Shown here piece by piece: positions 1-12,394 of a DNA stretch of 64,000 nt. Both the position numbers and the translations under genes were made by a program. Each line of letters starts with the position of its first letter. Within the stretch, counting starts at the first letter, position 1. The notes under the pieces were generated by a model, which saw nothing but the letters and a program-made list of their open reading frames with translations, was not told the DNA's origin and made no database searches. Source of the DNA: Ylistrum balloti (taxonomy: Eukaryota); NCBI RefSeq assembly GCF_031769215.1, contig NW_026781918.1, forward strand, positions 558,001 to 622,000, written 5' to 3'.

Positions 1-52
1 TCTATTAGTATGTTAAATGCTTGTCTTCATATGTTGTTAACTTAAAGTGTAC

Positions 53-220
53 CTGGTGTTTGTACAACAGCATGGAAGTTTTTCTCCTGTAGATGAAGGA
101 TACGCTCCGACTTGGCCTTTGATTCTTTCTCCAGCTGTCTAACCTTATGAACATATTGATTGCTGAGAAACTTGAGGTCAGCATTCTCATGTTCTAGTTT
201 GCGTAGTGAGGCCTTCAGTT
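53..220 (-). CDS. CEP135: CEP135 second coding exon (gene continues off the left edge)
   Basis: ELKASLRKLEHENADLKFLSNQYVHKVRQLEKESKAKSERILHLQEKNFHAVVQTPG matches CEP135 (ADLKFLNNQY..KLLEKESKAK.ERI..LQEKNLHAVVQTPG). Acceptor ttattcatAG at 222-221 and donor G|GTACAC at 53/52; phase is compatible with the previous exon. Confidence 0.92.
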
Positions 221-1174
221 CTATGAATAAATAGAGTAAATATTTGTAAATATTCGACACAAAAAATTATCAGCCCAGGCCTGCCAATTACCCTATTACT
301 GAGTCATTTTGGTGGATAAAGACTCTATTTGATAATATTTAATAAGAATTGTCTGACATTCTGCAATCAGGTGAAATTAAAATCAATTTAAAATCTAACA
401 AAAGCTATCACAAGTGTACTCTAGACCTTTTTGTGTCACATGAAACTTATCTACAGTATAAAGTAATGACTAGAATACATATAGGGCTTCCAAAGAACAG
501 CACAAAGTGAACAGGATGGTATATAGTTTAAAATGTGTTATAATATACATTTGGTATTCACAACTAATACTATAAACTCCTTATTCTTCAGATTTCATTC
601 AGAAAATACATTCTTGTAATTTCGATCTACTACAATGTACATGTAGTATTTTGCACCTAAATGCAAACTTATATGTATTGTAAAAAATCTGCACACGAAA
701 TTCATATATACATGTATAAGGCAAAAAAAATCAGGTAATGCATGACGCATATATAATTGGTCCTTCTGATCTGCTCATTTTAGTGGATTTACTACAAATA
801 TAATTTAATCACTGAAGGAATGTGTATATTGAATCACATTGTATTGTAACATAGTATCGTATCGTGACCACACACCATACAGCCAGAGCTTCCAGAATTT
901 GGATCAAAGCACATAAACAAACATGTGTATCAGATATATAATCCTGAAGGGGACGAGAGGCCATGGGTCCCTCAAAATTGAAACTGACCCCTTCATTTTT
1001 CCAGTTTCTTTTAATTCTATAAAGGATTGACCATTTTGGTTTTGACATTTGACTGATAAATAGTTTTGAACGGCCAACTGCTCTAAGTACCTGCGATTTT
1101 CCATGACAGTGTATATAGGTATCATCCTAAAAAAGAAAGTAACAATTCATTACTTGTATGGTTCACCATCATAC

Positions 1175-1490
1175 CTCTTATTACTGCATCAGAGTCTTCC
1201 TTGTGTTTGATCAATTGTTGATGTAGGTCATTGTTTTCCTTCACAAGTTTGGCATTATCACTTTTATATGGTTCAACTGCAGTATCAAAGTCTTTGTGTT
1301 CAGTATCCTGTTTTCCTAATTCAAGTTTTGCATGTTTTAGACTCTCAGTTGTGTGCACGAGGTCTGAAAACAACTTTTCAGCCAATGGAAGTGATTCTAA
1401 TCCTAGTGTTTGCCTGTACCCAAGTTGGTCCAAACGTTTCCTCAGGTTTGAAAACTTCTGTTGGGCTTGTTTTGTTGTCTTGTCTGCCAT
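1175..1490 (-). CDS. CEP135: Centrosomal protein of 135 kDa (CEP135/Bld10), first coding exon
   Basis: MADKTTKQAQQKFSNLRKRLDQLGYRQTLGLESLPLAEKLFSDLVHTTESL... closely matches the CEP135 N-terminus (RKRLDQLGYRQTL..LPLVEKLFSDLVHTTESL). Donor G|GTATGA at 1175/1174 (phase 1). An acceptor ttttAG just upstream (exon start ~1501) implies a non-coding exon further right. Confidence 0.93.
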
Positions 1491-3224
1491 TTTGTCTCTT
1501 TCTAAAATTCAATAAAAAAAAATAAGAGTTGAAATAAATGAGAACAAAACAAAAACTGAAGAAGCAAAACAGACTTGTTTTTCTTTTTTTTTAGTTTTGT
1601 TAGCTAATGATCAACCAACCACATAATATATGGTAATTTATTTTCACATTCAGTTACCATTAGAATCTATACTATCATACAACCCAATACAGTTCCGAAA
1701 TTTACCATTTTTTATTATTGTTTTTTATCTTTATTGCTGAGATGTGAAGGAAGGTAACCAATTCATTTCTCATAAATTTGTAAACAGATCATGAACAACA
1801 TTAAAGGATAAGTTAAATAGTTATGATTTCAAATTTATTTTAGCTTGCATGCAAACAAAATTGATGACAGTTATGTTTCTGAAAAATCAGTCCTGTGACA
1901 AATTTATCCTTATTTATTATCTACTGGTTGGAAAGGCTCAGTCAAGTGTATCGTTTTATTTTTTTATCTAACAAGACCTAGGATGATTACCAAACTAATT
2001 TATGTGAATAAATACCTCTCTGTTTTTGTCAACTAGCTTACCTCCTTTTCCAGTAAAACTTACGATCAGAGCAATCTCAAAGATCAGAAAGCTATAATAC
2101 TTATTTTTTTCAGGTTTTTTTTTCCACATAATTTATTCAAGAGATAGGGGCCAATCTAAATATTTACCAATAAAAGTAAAAATAAAAATTTACTTTAAAA
2201 ATTAGATCTAGATAGAACTGCATCCTGAAAGTGTAAATCAGCCGGATTATGATTAAATAAATGATAATTTGGTAGTAGAAGAGAAGTTCTTATAACACAA
2301 TCGGTAGTATTTTAGAGTGTGACATTTCAATGACTGCATGATCACTTTCATCAGACAAATAATCAGTGTGTAGCATACTAGAGCTGTAGTATGTAGAGTA
2401 TGTAGTGTATGAGATGGAACTTAATCAACCAACATTTTCAGCTGTACTACAATCCTATGTAAAAAAAAAAAAATAAATAATAATTTGGTTGGTTGTCCTT
2501 AATAGCATTGTGATATTTCGCACCCAACCTAACTAATTTGCTACCTCATTACAGACTAAACACCATTTGTAATTTATACCAGGTTTGTGTTTAAATAAAT
2601 AAGCTGTTGTCCAATTTGTTTGAAACTGTTTAATTTTGTGAGCTTTGTCTTTGGTTTCTTAGAGTATGCAGAATACACTTTAAAAAGAACCACCTTTAAT
2701 TTCCTGTTTTTTCTCTGATTATTGTTTTCATTAAAACATAGTGGATATTATCTGTGTGAACAACACACACTGATTGTAACTAGACTAGCAAATAGCCTGA
2801 AATGAATTAAATATTGGACTGTCTCAGTTTTATGGTCAGTGGGCCTAAACATGCATGTATGTGTGTCATCATGATCACTTATTAATGGATATAACCAAAA
2901 CAATAAGTGTTAACTTGCAAAGCATAATGACAACAGAATGTAATATTTAAGGAATACACTCAAAAATAGATTTCTCTTGAACAAATTCAGGTACAGTATG
3001 CTGTTTCAGACATATCTGAGACTTGATGACAGTTGAAAACTACAGATGATTTGTTTATATATTAAATTGATATTGTCATTTGTTAGGCTTGTTTTGTTTG
3101 TTTATATATTACACTTCAATTTTGGAAGTGGAGGTGAAACATCATTTATTCAGAATTACCAATGGGGCAAACTGTATCAAATAGGTATTGTGGTATCAAA
3201 CATTCATCCTCATCAAATGCTCAC

Positions 3225-3345
3225 TTCAAAATACTAAATGTTTACATCAAATATTGGCAATGAAGTATTAAAAGTAATAAGCTTGCAAACAAAAAAATAT
3301 AATATTCATGGTCATCAGTTGCAAGGGGTTGGTGATTGGCGGGAT
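3225..3345 (-). promoter_or_regulatory. Candidate CEP135 promoter / non-coding first exon
   Basis: Overlapping CCAAT box and E2F-like GGCGGGA (gattggcggga, 3334-3344), with a minus-strand donor GAA|GTGAGC at 3225/3224. Motif-level evidence only. Confidence 0.3.
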
Positions 3346-4073
3346 GTGACTGGCAATATAAGTTAGGTTAAAGTGATTGTGACTTTCATGCACCTTCTAT
3401 TTATGCATTCCGGAAGGCGAACTGCATCTACACCTTCAGCTTAGGGGTAAATATTATACTTTAACATCTTCCACAATTACACATGTACATTTGCAAATAC
3501 TTGTAAGGAATACACTTAAAATTAATCATTCGGTTTGCTGCGTGTTCAGTTATCAAATACATCAATGGAAAAAATCTGAAAACTATAGAGTAAGTGTCTG
3601 TTAAACAATTTGAAATACGACAATCAGAATTCTAAACATTTTCCATTTCAAAATTGACCGTAGTAATATAATTTAGCTGACATCGCAAGTGTACATTTTA
3701 TAGTCTATAGAACATTGACTTATCTGTAAACATGTAAACACGACTTAAAAGACATATTTTTCGTTCAAATCATCCGCATCGTTTTACCTGATACTACCCA
3801 CGATATTATCTTCAGTTCACAGCAGCTTATAGGGAAGCAATTAAATGCTTCCCATATCTTCTATAATCCAATTTCAGAAAAAATCCATTGGTGTTGTGAT
3901 TTTATTGTGCATGCCGAAACAAGTTTAGATTATTTTGAATATGGCGGAATAATTTTTCTACCTTTTCATTGAAGAGTTCTACCATAACATTAAGCAGGCA
4001 TGATGTAGAATGTGGACTGGTCTTTGAGGCTCCCGGTAACCGGCGGTTAGTGAAAAAATCAACTTGTTCTTAC

Positions 4074-5499
4074 CAGAGACATATATAACACATATATGTT
4101 ATATATGTCTCTGTTATTACAGAAAGATACAAGAGTGTTGAAACGATAAGAATTATTCTCAATTTTGTTTAATCAATGATTGAAAAACTTTTACAAACCA
4201 CTTGTTAATTATACTTATAACTGGTCATTGAACAACCGGGAACGATGGTTTGGTATTATTTGACATTGTTTAATTACTTTCGACGATCTTTTAAAGTTCG
4301 ACACCAGCTATCGGTATTATTTTTCGCTACTTATATAACTATTTGTAATGCAACGAATCTGAATTAGATATATCGCTAATTGTACTTTTGATAATACAGA
4401 GACGCATATAACGTTATATACACCTCTGTATAGGGTTAACCGATATTGAGTGGAACGCGGCCTAAATTCAGAGAATTTGTATGATATTTTATGCACATTT
4501 TGACTCTGATTCATACTTCATAATCTTGTCCCACACTAAATATCGATAAATGGACATCTGAACACAGAATTATCTCCCTTTAGCCACTTAAGTTATTCCG
4601 TCTTTTTTGTGATATAACTAAAGAATTATCATCAACCGGAACTTGAATTAGCGAATCACAGCGATTGTTTGTCGCAACAAATGTAATGGCTCAACTGTAA
4701 TTTGGCGACATTGCCAATTGAGGACGAGGGATTAGAAACTGCCTATATCTCTTGGTAAAGCAGTAGCGAAGAAATTCAAGTGAACTAGCCTAGCTGTTTT
4801 TATAAACCCCTTTTCTGCATAAGTACATGCATAATTTATTTTAAAAGGTTTTAAAACAGAAGAAGAAACAGAAAATTAGAAAAGGGAGTCAGAATCAAGA
4901 GGAAAAGGTTACGAGAGGTCAATTAGACAGATGAAAATATATATCAACCTGTGATTAGGCAGAGACGTATATACGTCTCTGACATAACACACGTTCAAGA
5001 AAATAATATGCGATGCCAGCCCAATACATTTGGCTCATAACATGGGCAAGATATATTTACACTGGAAGTTTAAACATGACTTTGTTAAGACAAATGCGTT
5101 GAAACAATTTGATAGGATATCACTTGCAACTGTTTATTATAAGATAACACTGATAGGGTAAACTAATCATGAATGTGTTACCTTTCGCCTTCCAATAGAC
5201 ACTGATCATGTTTAGAATAACCTACCTTTAAGCAATGAGTGTCGTCCGTAAGATTGCTTCTCTGAGTTTCTCGTTAAGATCAAATTAATTTATTATCCTA
5301 TGAACAAAACTTTAATTTTGACAGAAATGCGATTCCTGTAGTCGATTCTTGTGGACTTTGGGATAATAGTAATGAAAAAATACAGAAGCTATTTGAAATA
5401 TTCAGTAGGAATCTACTAGAATTATTAGTTATTTGTAAGCATGTTCAGAACTTCATTGTTGATAGTAAAAGATTTGCCTAAACCAGAGACGTATATATC
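4074..5499. repeat. Cluster of four related palindromes/hairpins with arm CAGAGAC(A/G)(T/C)ATAT
   Basis: 4074-4113: 16-bp perfect arms with an 8-nt loop. 4395-4430: 18-bp arms with 3 mismatches. 4960-4981: perfect 22-bp palindrome CAGAGACGTATATACGTCTCTG. 5484-5499: half-site. Confidence 0.85.
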
Positions 5500-5589
5500 A
5501 CATGTGCCACATCTCCTTAATGACCCCTTACTTTAAATAACCCAAAGAACAAATTGCTTTAGCAGTGCAAGAGCATTGTACACAAACTT

Positions 5590-7440
5590 TTGCCAGATGA
5601 CCTTAGTCTTAAATATTTAAGAGCGGAGCTTTTCAGATTAAAGACAAAGGCTTTGATATCTAAAGTAAAGGGTGGGAATCAGATCAAGAAGTTTAAGGAG
5701 GGACTCAGGTTTTCTAAATATAGCTGGGATGTCATGGTTCACAAGGAAGAGAACCAGTTAATGGTTGAGACAATAAAAGCAGTCAGTCAGAAGCAGTTAT
5801 AAGGAAAGGAAAAAGAAAACAATGACTTAAGAAAAAAGTTATGTAAGTTTAGTTTAGCAACAGAAACTCAAAAAATGAAAAAAAAACACATGCCTGGGTA
5901 TCAATCAAAACTTAGGAAACTAGACACAGATAAGTGTAGAACAGCATTGAGTTTTCTGACATAAAATGGGGTTACTCCTATTTCAGTTACTGTTATGAGA
6001 AATAACAAAGAAGAGGTTTTGAAACTTTTTGATTACGAGTCTAAAGAAAATTCAGAGTTGAATCAAAATGTTGATGACATAAATACCCTCATATACATCA
6101 TGGATACTTTCAATATTAGTAATGAAGCATACCATGGATTGAGTATGTTATTTAAAGCACTTCCAAGAAGTTATGCTATCAGTAAGATTGTGGCTGAATT
6201 AAATTCTAAGTTCAATTGAAATTACTCCAAATGGTCTTTGTTCAACAACCTCTGAAAAAACACTTGGTAAATGTGTTGTGTAATATAAAAGATATGAACA
6301 AAAACTTCCCACCAGATGGATAAATCAGAATTAATATTTCTGGGGATGGCACTAATGTGGGAAAGAGAGTTCATGTTGTAAATGTGACTTTTACCATTAT
6401 CAATGAGAACAAGAGTGCTTCTGTGCAGGGTAACTACCCATTAGCTATTATTAGAACAAAAGAGAAATATCAAGACCTTGAAATTGGTCTAGATGACCTC
6501 CGAAAAGAAGTAGGTCAGTTACAGGGAACTACACTGACAGTCAATCAAAGAAATTTCAAAGTTGAAATAATGTTTGGGGGTCATTACAAATTTCTATTGG
6601 TAGTTTGTGGAATGCCTTCAATTGCTTGCCAATACTATTGCCTTTACTGCAAATGTAGCAAAACTGAGAAATTAGACCTGTCAAAAACTTGGTCTATGGA
6701 TGATACTACACAAGGGGCTAGACTTGAATACAAGTACAATGAGGTACAAGGGGGAAATATGTCCAACGGAAAAATGAGAAAAAATGCCAATAATTGTTTC
6801 TCTGTGTCATACAAACCTTTATTCCCAACAATTTCACCCCACCATGTTGTGATTGATCACCTTCACATGTTTTTAAGCATTACTGGCAAATTATTTAACC
6901 TTCTTGTCGCTGATCTTAGATGCATTGAAAACATAACAGAAAATGCAACTTTTACCTCTACAGTGCAAGATAAAGATAAGATAAAGACGGTCTTGAAGCT
7001 CGAAAATGTGTTGCAAATGTTGGGAATACATTTTGAACTTGGTGTAAATGTTGATAGTATAAAGTAAGAGTATCGTGAGCTTACTGGTCCAGAGAAACTT
7101 TTGCTGCTTAAACATTTTGATGCAGCTGAGTTTTTTGATGACCGAAATAAAGCCGTTCAGATTCAGAAGTTGTGGGATGGGTTAAGAGAGCTGAACATGT
7201 GTATTAAATCTGACACCCCAGATGCTGATGACATAGAATACAAAGCAAAGTTGTGGTGTGACTTGTACTTAAGTTGTTATCCAGCCAAAGATGTCACCCC
7301 ATACATTCATATGCTAGGTATCACTTAGGTGAACTCCTCAGAAAACATGGTGCTATTGTCCGATATGTACAGCCAGCAGGGCTTAGAAAAGCTCAACGAC
7401 ATTGTAACAAAGCAGTTTTTCAGAGGCACTTCTCACATTT
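5590..7440 (+). mobile_element. Decayed RAG1-core/Transib-like DDE transposase (pseudogene with stops and frameshifts)
   Basis: Joining frames gives RAG1-core motifs in order: FNISNEAYHGL; IRINISGDG (D at 6345-6347); FGG[H]YKFLLVVCG (second catalytic D position is CAT at 6582-6584); YYCLYCKC (Zn); VIDHLHMFL; ELTGPEKL; VTPYIHML-YHLGELLRKHG (Zn His pair); QQGLEKLND (E at 7386-7388). In-frame stops at 5800, ~5960, 6321 and 7065; frameshifts near 6220, 7320 and 7373. Confidence 0.78.
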
Positions 7441-8640
7441 ACCAGTATACACATTTATGGTTCACAATATTGTGATCATTTATTTAGAAAAGACCCCTTT
7501 TCTCTCGTTACATGAAATTATAAAAAGGTGAAACACATTTTTGTTTTTGCTTTCCTCAAGCAATATAACTCTGAAAGCTTAGGGTATCTTGAAAAAAATG
7601 TTTGAAATCTAGATGTATATTAAATAGATTATTTGCACAAAAATGTCCGTTAGATACAAGAGCTTGAAAAAGTTCTCAATTTACATCTATCTAACTTACA
7701 AATGTCTGTATTTTTTACTTTTTATTTTTCGTTTGTTATATGTATTTTTTATTATTATTCATTATTTAAAAAAAAATAATTATTTTATTTGTTGAAATGC
7801 CTGAAAGGTATTCGTTTTATCAGTATTAAATGCAATGAAATGAAAGTAATTCGCTGTTCACATTTTTCAATTTGGTTGATGCTTCATTCCGTTTACACCG
7901 GTATGAAAACTACCTAAGGAAACTCCTAAAATACGAGTGAAACCTATTTCAAAAATAGAATTCATGGATAAAATCATGTACTATTTGATGACATGTTGCT
8001 GGTTGTAATAGATGATTGGTCAAGTTCCATGCAACTGAGATCGGGGTTTTTCCGCCACGCATCACGACTGCTTGCTGTTAGGCAATGTATAATGCTCAAA
8101 ATTAGGTACAAGTCATCCCAAACGTCACAGATGAATCACCCGATAGTCAACCGGACGATTCACTTCAGATATATCAGTTGGCAACTTCCTGAATTTGATA
8201 GTATTTTAAGCCCAGAATTATGGACAAGTCAACCTAGACGTCATGGATGAATCGCCTCAGATATTGATAACCTGACAAATCATCTCAGATATTCCTGACC
8301 GTCATTTTCTGGAATGCAACAGTGGTTGAAGCCCACAATTATGGATAAGTCTTCCAATAATTTACGTATTAAACTCAGGTATTGCCAAATGGACAAAAAT
8401 ACCTCAGATATATCTGCTATAATGATCATAAAATATCAGTCATCAAACATACAAATGAAGAAAAAAAACTGTTTTGTAAATGGTCCATTTTTAATCATGA
8501 CACAAAGAAAATAACACTTTGGTTGAAGTTTCAATAATACAAAACAGGTTCAGAGTGTGAACAGGAAGATCAAATTATACTCATGACCATACATAAACAA
8601 AGGTATTCTTACATAATTGTAAATTCAAATTTTCAACATA

Positions 8641-11260
8641 AACAGGAGACCCATGGGCCATAAGGTCATCTGACTACAAAACCTTACCCACAGTCAGATG
8701 ATCTAAAAATGGAAAAAATTGAAAACTTATTTTTCCAGATCGGGACACCATAAAAGAATTTCAAAAAAGGTAGAATTATTTGGTAGCAGCCTAACTCATA
8801 TATTAAATCCTCTAATTCTTCAACCAAAATTTCAACACTGCATGATAGTGTCTTGACAAAAGAAAAGGCCCAATGGTCTTAACAGTCACCTAAATTCCAT
8901 AAACATTGTTTGTGGTGTGTTATATATATCGCATAAAACATCTTGTTTACATAGTTAACGGTCATCCTATATTATGGATTCTCATAGATTTTGAATAAGA
9001 GAGAAAAAAAATTCTTTATAAGCTTCTGACTTAATACCACTCCCCAAGGGAAAATGCAAGGATCATGAAATTCATAATTTGGGTTAAAGCATCTCAAAAA
9101 CCCTTCCATCTATGAAAAGTATTTGATTCTTCCATATCCGAGTGTTGTGGAGATTTTTGAAAATTTGATTCAATTCGACACTGCCAAAGTCCCCTAGGTC
9201 GTAGACATAGTACTTCTTTCCATTGGGCATAAAAATATCTACCAAATTTCACTAAAATTGGCTCAGGGGTTTTCAAAAGAAATAAAAAAAGTATATTGTT
9301 TTACAAAAGATGGGCAAAATGGAAGAAATTCTTTACAACTCTTTACTATCTAGTATGAAATGCTGTTTAATTTAAGTAATAACTACCCGGCCAATGTTTT
9401 ATAAACAGGAGGCCCATGGGCCTTAACAGTCATCTGAATATATAGACCTATATATGAAAGAGGACAAATAAGCCTAAGACAAACTGCTCAACTACTCTAC
9501 AGCATACAGAAGATACTGTTTGGTCATAAAAACATTTTCTGCAAACTTAAAATCATATTCTTTATACATGCTACTACGCAAATGCCATTATTCCGAACCT
9601 ATTGCTTATTGAAAAACCAATTTCAACAGCCTTGACCTTTTTGTTATTGACAAGAAGTCATCAAAGATTTTAACAAATTTGACCCTTGTGACCTTTAAAA
9701 AGTGAAAATATAAATAACATGAACATAATTGGTAATTCATTTCAGCATACTACAGGTTATCAGAACTTTTTGGATATTGAGAAGAAATCATTTAAAGATT
9801 ATTAAACATTTATTCCTGTGACCTTGAAAATGGGTCAAAATCATTCATTTTATCAAACATTCTTGACAGGAATTTTACATACTGAGCATATTGAAATACT
9901 GCAAACTTAGAAATTCATCCATCCTTGGTCAAGTCAACGGAAATATCGTACTTGTTATCTACAAATAGTATTGCCACAATTTTCTTCCTTTTGATTAAAA
10001 ACTAATCACTGTTTCAATGCTTGCATCTGGAGGGTTAGTTGGAGTTAACATGATACCAACCTGGACAGCTGGATGTTTAATGGGCATCAATATAATGTCA
10101 GTCTGGATATCTGGAGGTTTAGTGGCAGTTAACATGATACCAACCTGGACAGCTGGATGTTTAATGGATGTCAATATAATGTCAGTCTGGATATCTGGAG
10201 GTTTAGTGGGAGTTAACATGATACCAACCTGGACATCTGAATGTTTAATGGTTTAGTGGGGTCATGATACCAACCTGGACAGCTGGATATCGATATAATG
10301 TCAGTCTGGATATCTGGAGGTTTAGTGGGAGTTAACATGATACCAACCTGGACAGCTGGATGTTTAATGGGCAGTAATATAATGTCAGTCTGGATATCTG
10401 GAGGTTTAGTGGGAGTTAACATGATACCAACCTGGACAGCTGGATGTTTAACGGGTGGTAATATAATGTCAGTCTGGATATCTGGAGGTTTAGTGGGAGT
10501 TAACATGATACCAACCTGGACAGCTGGATGTTTAATGGGTGTCGATATAATGTCAGTCTGGATATCTGGAGGTTTAGTGGGAGTTAACATGATACCAACC
10601 TGGACAGCTGGATGTTTAATGGGTGTCAATATAATGTCAGTCTGGATATCTGGGGGTTTAGTGGGAGTTAACATGATACCAACCTGGACAGCTGGATGTT
10701 TGATGGGCGTCAATATAATGTCAGTCTGAATAGTTGAGAGTGAGAGTCAAAATTATTTAATCCAATCATCATATTAGAGATCAGATCCAGCAAATACAAT
10801 ACAAACCATTGAGAAGCTACAACAGTAATTGTTAAATAAGGAAATGTCAACAAACGGGCCAACAGGGAATGATTTGCGTAGTCTAACTGCTGATGATGGG
10901 TTTGCGAAAATATACATCAATTAGCTTTACAATGACAAACATGAAGTCAACAGCAAGAAGACTTTAAACCAATTTTAGGTCATGCATCCTTACATAAGAA
11001 TATCTTTGAAAAGCTTTACCTTTATTTTCAAAATTTGACCTCGTCCCTCTGCCTAAGCCTACCAATCATGCAAAACCAAGTTTCATCATCCAAGGATGCT
11101 TCAGACAATTTTTGGACAAAATCCTGCTATTCTTACACAAAAAAATGAGAAGATTTTTTCTTTTTTAACATTTATTTCCTCTATTCAAGCCTCTCATATC
11201 ACTTTGTACAAAGACACGCCTTTCATCCAAATTTAGTCCCAATTAAAGCATAAGTAAAAT
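8641..11260 (+). mobile_element. Degenerate Helentron/HINE-like (non-autonomous Helitron) fragments
   Basis: Three related termini of the AACAGGAGGCCCATGGGCCTTAACAGTCATCTGA type at 8641-8673, 8862-8892 and 9404-9437. Internal segments such as ACCAAATTTCACTAAAATTGGCTCAGGGGTTTTCAAAAGAA and TTGACCCTTGTGACCTT resemble bivalve HINE internals. Boundaries are approximate. Confidence 0.55.
10020..10728. repeat. 84-bp minisatellite (~8.5 units, two truncated), a dimer of 42-bp subunits
   Basis: ATGATACCAACC recurs at 10050, 10134, 10218, 10264, 10337, 10421, 10505, 10589 and 10673. The two halves of the unit align at 30/42 positions. Confidence 0.95.
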
Positions 11261-11349
11261 GATAAGATAATTAAACCCACTTTGCATCTTTTTATGCAGT
11301 ATATGTACCTTTACGTTTTTGATTCAAAACTGCTTTTCAACAGAAACTG

Positions 11350-11506
11350 AAGGGCGATAACTTAAATCTCCTTGCAAGTGTTTTGTTTTCACTCAGGATG
11401 ATTATTTGGTGTTTTTAACACATTTCTAATATCTACTAACGCTCTAGTAGAAAACACGGTGCTTGCCTCTTTAAAGTCTTCGTTAGAAGCATGAGTTATC
11501 TCCCTT
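11350..11506. mobile_element. Small MITE-like element immediately upstream of the ZNF-A start
   Basis: Inverted termini AAGGGCGATAACT (11350-11362) and AGTTATCTCCCTT (11494-11506) are 12/13 complementary. Confidence 0.45.
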
Positions 11507-11581
11507 GCTTGTAATTACTTTTCGACTGTTGAGGCAGGAGGTTTCCCGTTTTATGGAAAGAACCGTCACGTCAAAACCAAC

Positions 11582-11711
11582 ATGGTCATCTTCTCCAGAG
11601 TGACTGGAGCTATATCCAGTGACTTTGTTGCCAAGTTTCCACAGCACTTCAACTTCATAGAAATGCTAGAATCTGTCTGTGAAGAGACAGGCACACGAAT
11701 TATGAACCAGG
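11582..11711 (+). CDS. C2H2 zinc-finger protein A, coding exon 1 (absent from the ORF track)
   Basis: ATG at 11582 is the first in-frame Met after a TGA at 11492. Encodes MVIFSRVTGAISSDFVAKFPQHFNFIEMLESVCEETGTRIMNQG, which aligns with the N-terminus of ZNF-B. Donor G|GTACGT at 11711/11712 is phase-compatible with the acceptor at 12528. Confidence 0.8.
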
Positions 11712-12147
11712 GTACGTGTGGGGGCCTGTATCTTGATATCGTGCATGCTTTGTAATATACAGCTAGCGTCACAGTAGCGGGTTGGTGTATTTAACAGTTA
11801 AAACTTTCCTACTGAACGGATTGTACAATATAACATGCAATTAAAGAGCCTTCTTTCACTGTCACATTCATATAAAGAATTGATGGACGTTCAATACTCA
11901 TTGTGTCATCTCCATGGAGAAGAACTGATAGTTAATATAACTGATAAGCTTAAGTCTAGAAATTCCTCTCTGAAACAAATTATTTCAGCAGGATTCAATA
12001 CTGTGCCATGTCTTGCAATACCAAACCACAAAGTTATATCGTTGTCGCACACATGTACATGCTATGATAGCCAAAACAATTGTGAAAACCAACTTATCAA
12101 AAATGATCATATATCTAGTGGTGTAGCAGAACTGGACAAAATTGACT

Positions 12148-12230
12148 AGGGATGTGGCTCTATTAGTAGAACTTCTATGTAGATATGAAGGTCCCAGATT
12201 TGAACCCTAGTGTGGCATTGGATTTTCTGT
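12148..12230 (+). mobile_element. tRNA-derived SINE fragment (intronic)
   Basis: A-box-like TGGCTCTATTAGTAGA and B-box-like GATTTGAACCC at tRNA-like spacing; no intact cloverleaf. Confidence 0.45.
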
Positions 12231-12394
12231 TCAGATTAAATTTGTTGCATGTGACCAACCCTGCTTTATGTAAACGAATGCTTGACAATAGGATATCAGA
12301 ACCTGGGTTGTAAATACTTGTGTTTGTGGATATAATTACTTAGAAAAAGGAGGGAGGAATATGGAAAAAGAACTGGACTGGGTCGATTGTCAAT

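Noticed and set aside
8120-8420. Weak internal repetition (AAGCCCA(G/C)AATTATGGA(C/T)AAGTC twice, recurring CAGATAT)
   Set aside because: Only one clear ~24-bp duplication; there is no consistent period or coding signal.
3200-8600. RAG2-like partner gene and RSS/Transib-type TIRs (CACAGTG/CACAATG) around the RAG1-like ORF
   Set aside because: No kelch-like ORF on either strand and no convincing inverted termini or heptamer pair found by eye; element boundaries remain undefined.
9995-10729. Four ORF-track entries (74-166 aa) on both strands
   Set aside because: These are read-throughs of an 84-bp tandem repeat whose unit length is a multiple of 3; there is no splice context and no synonymous bias between subunits.
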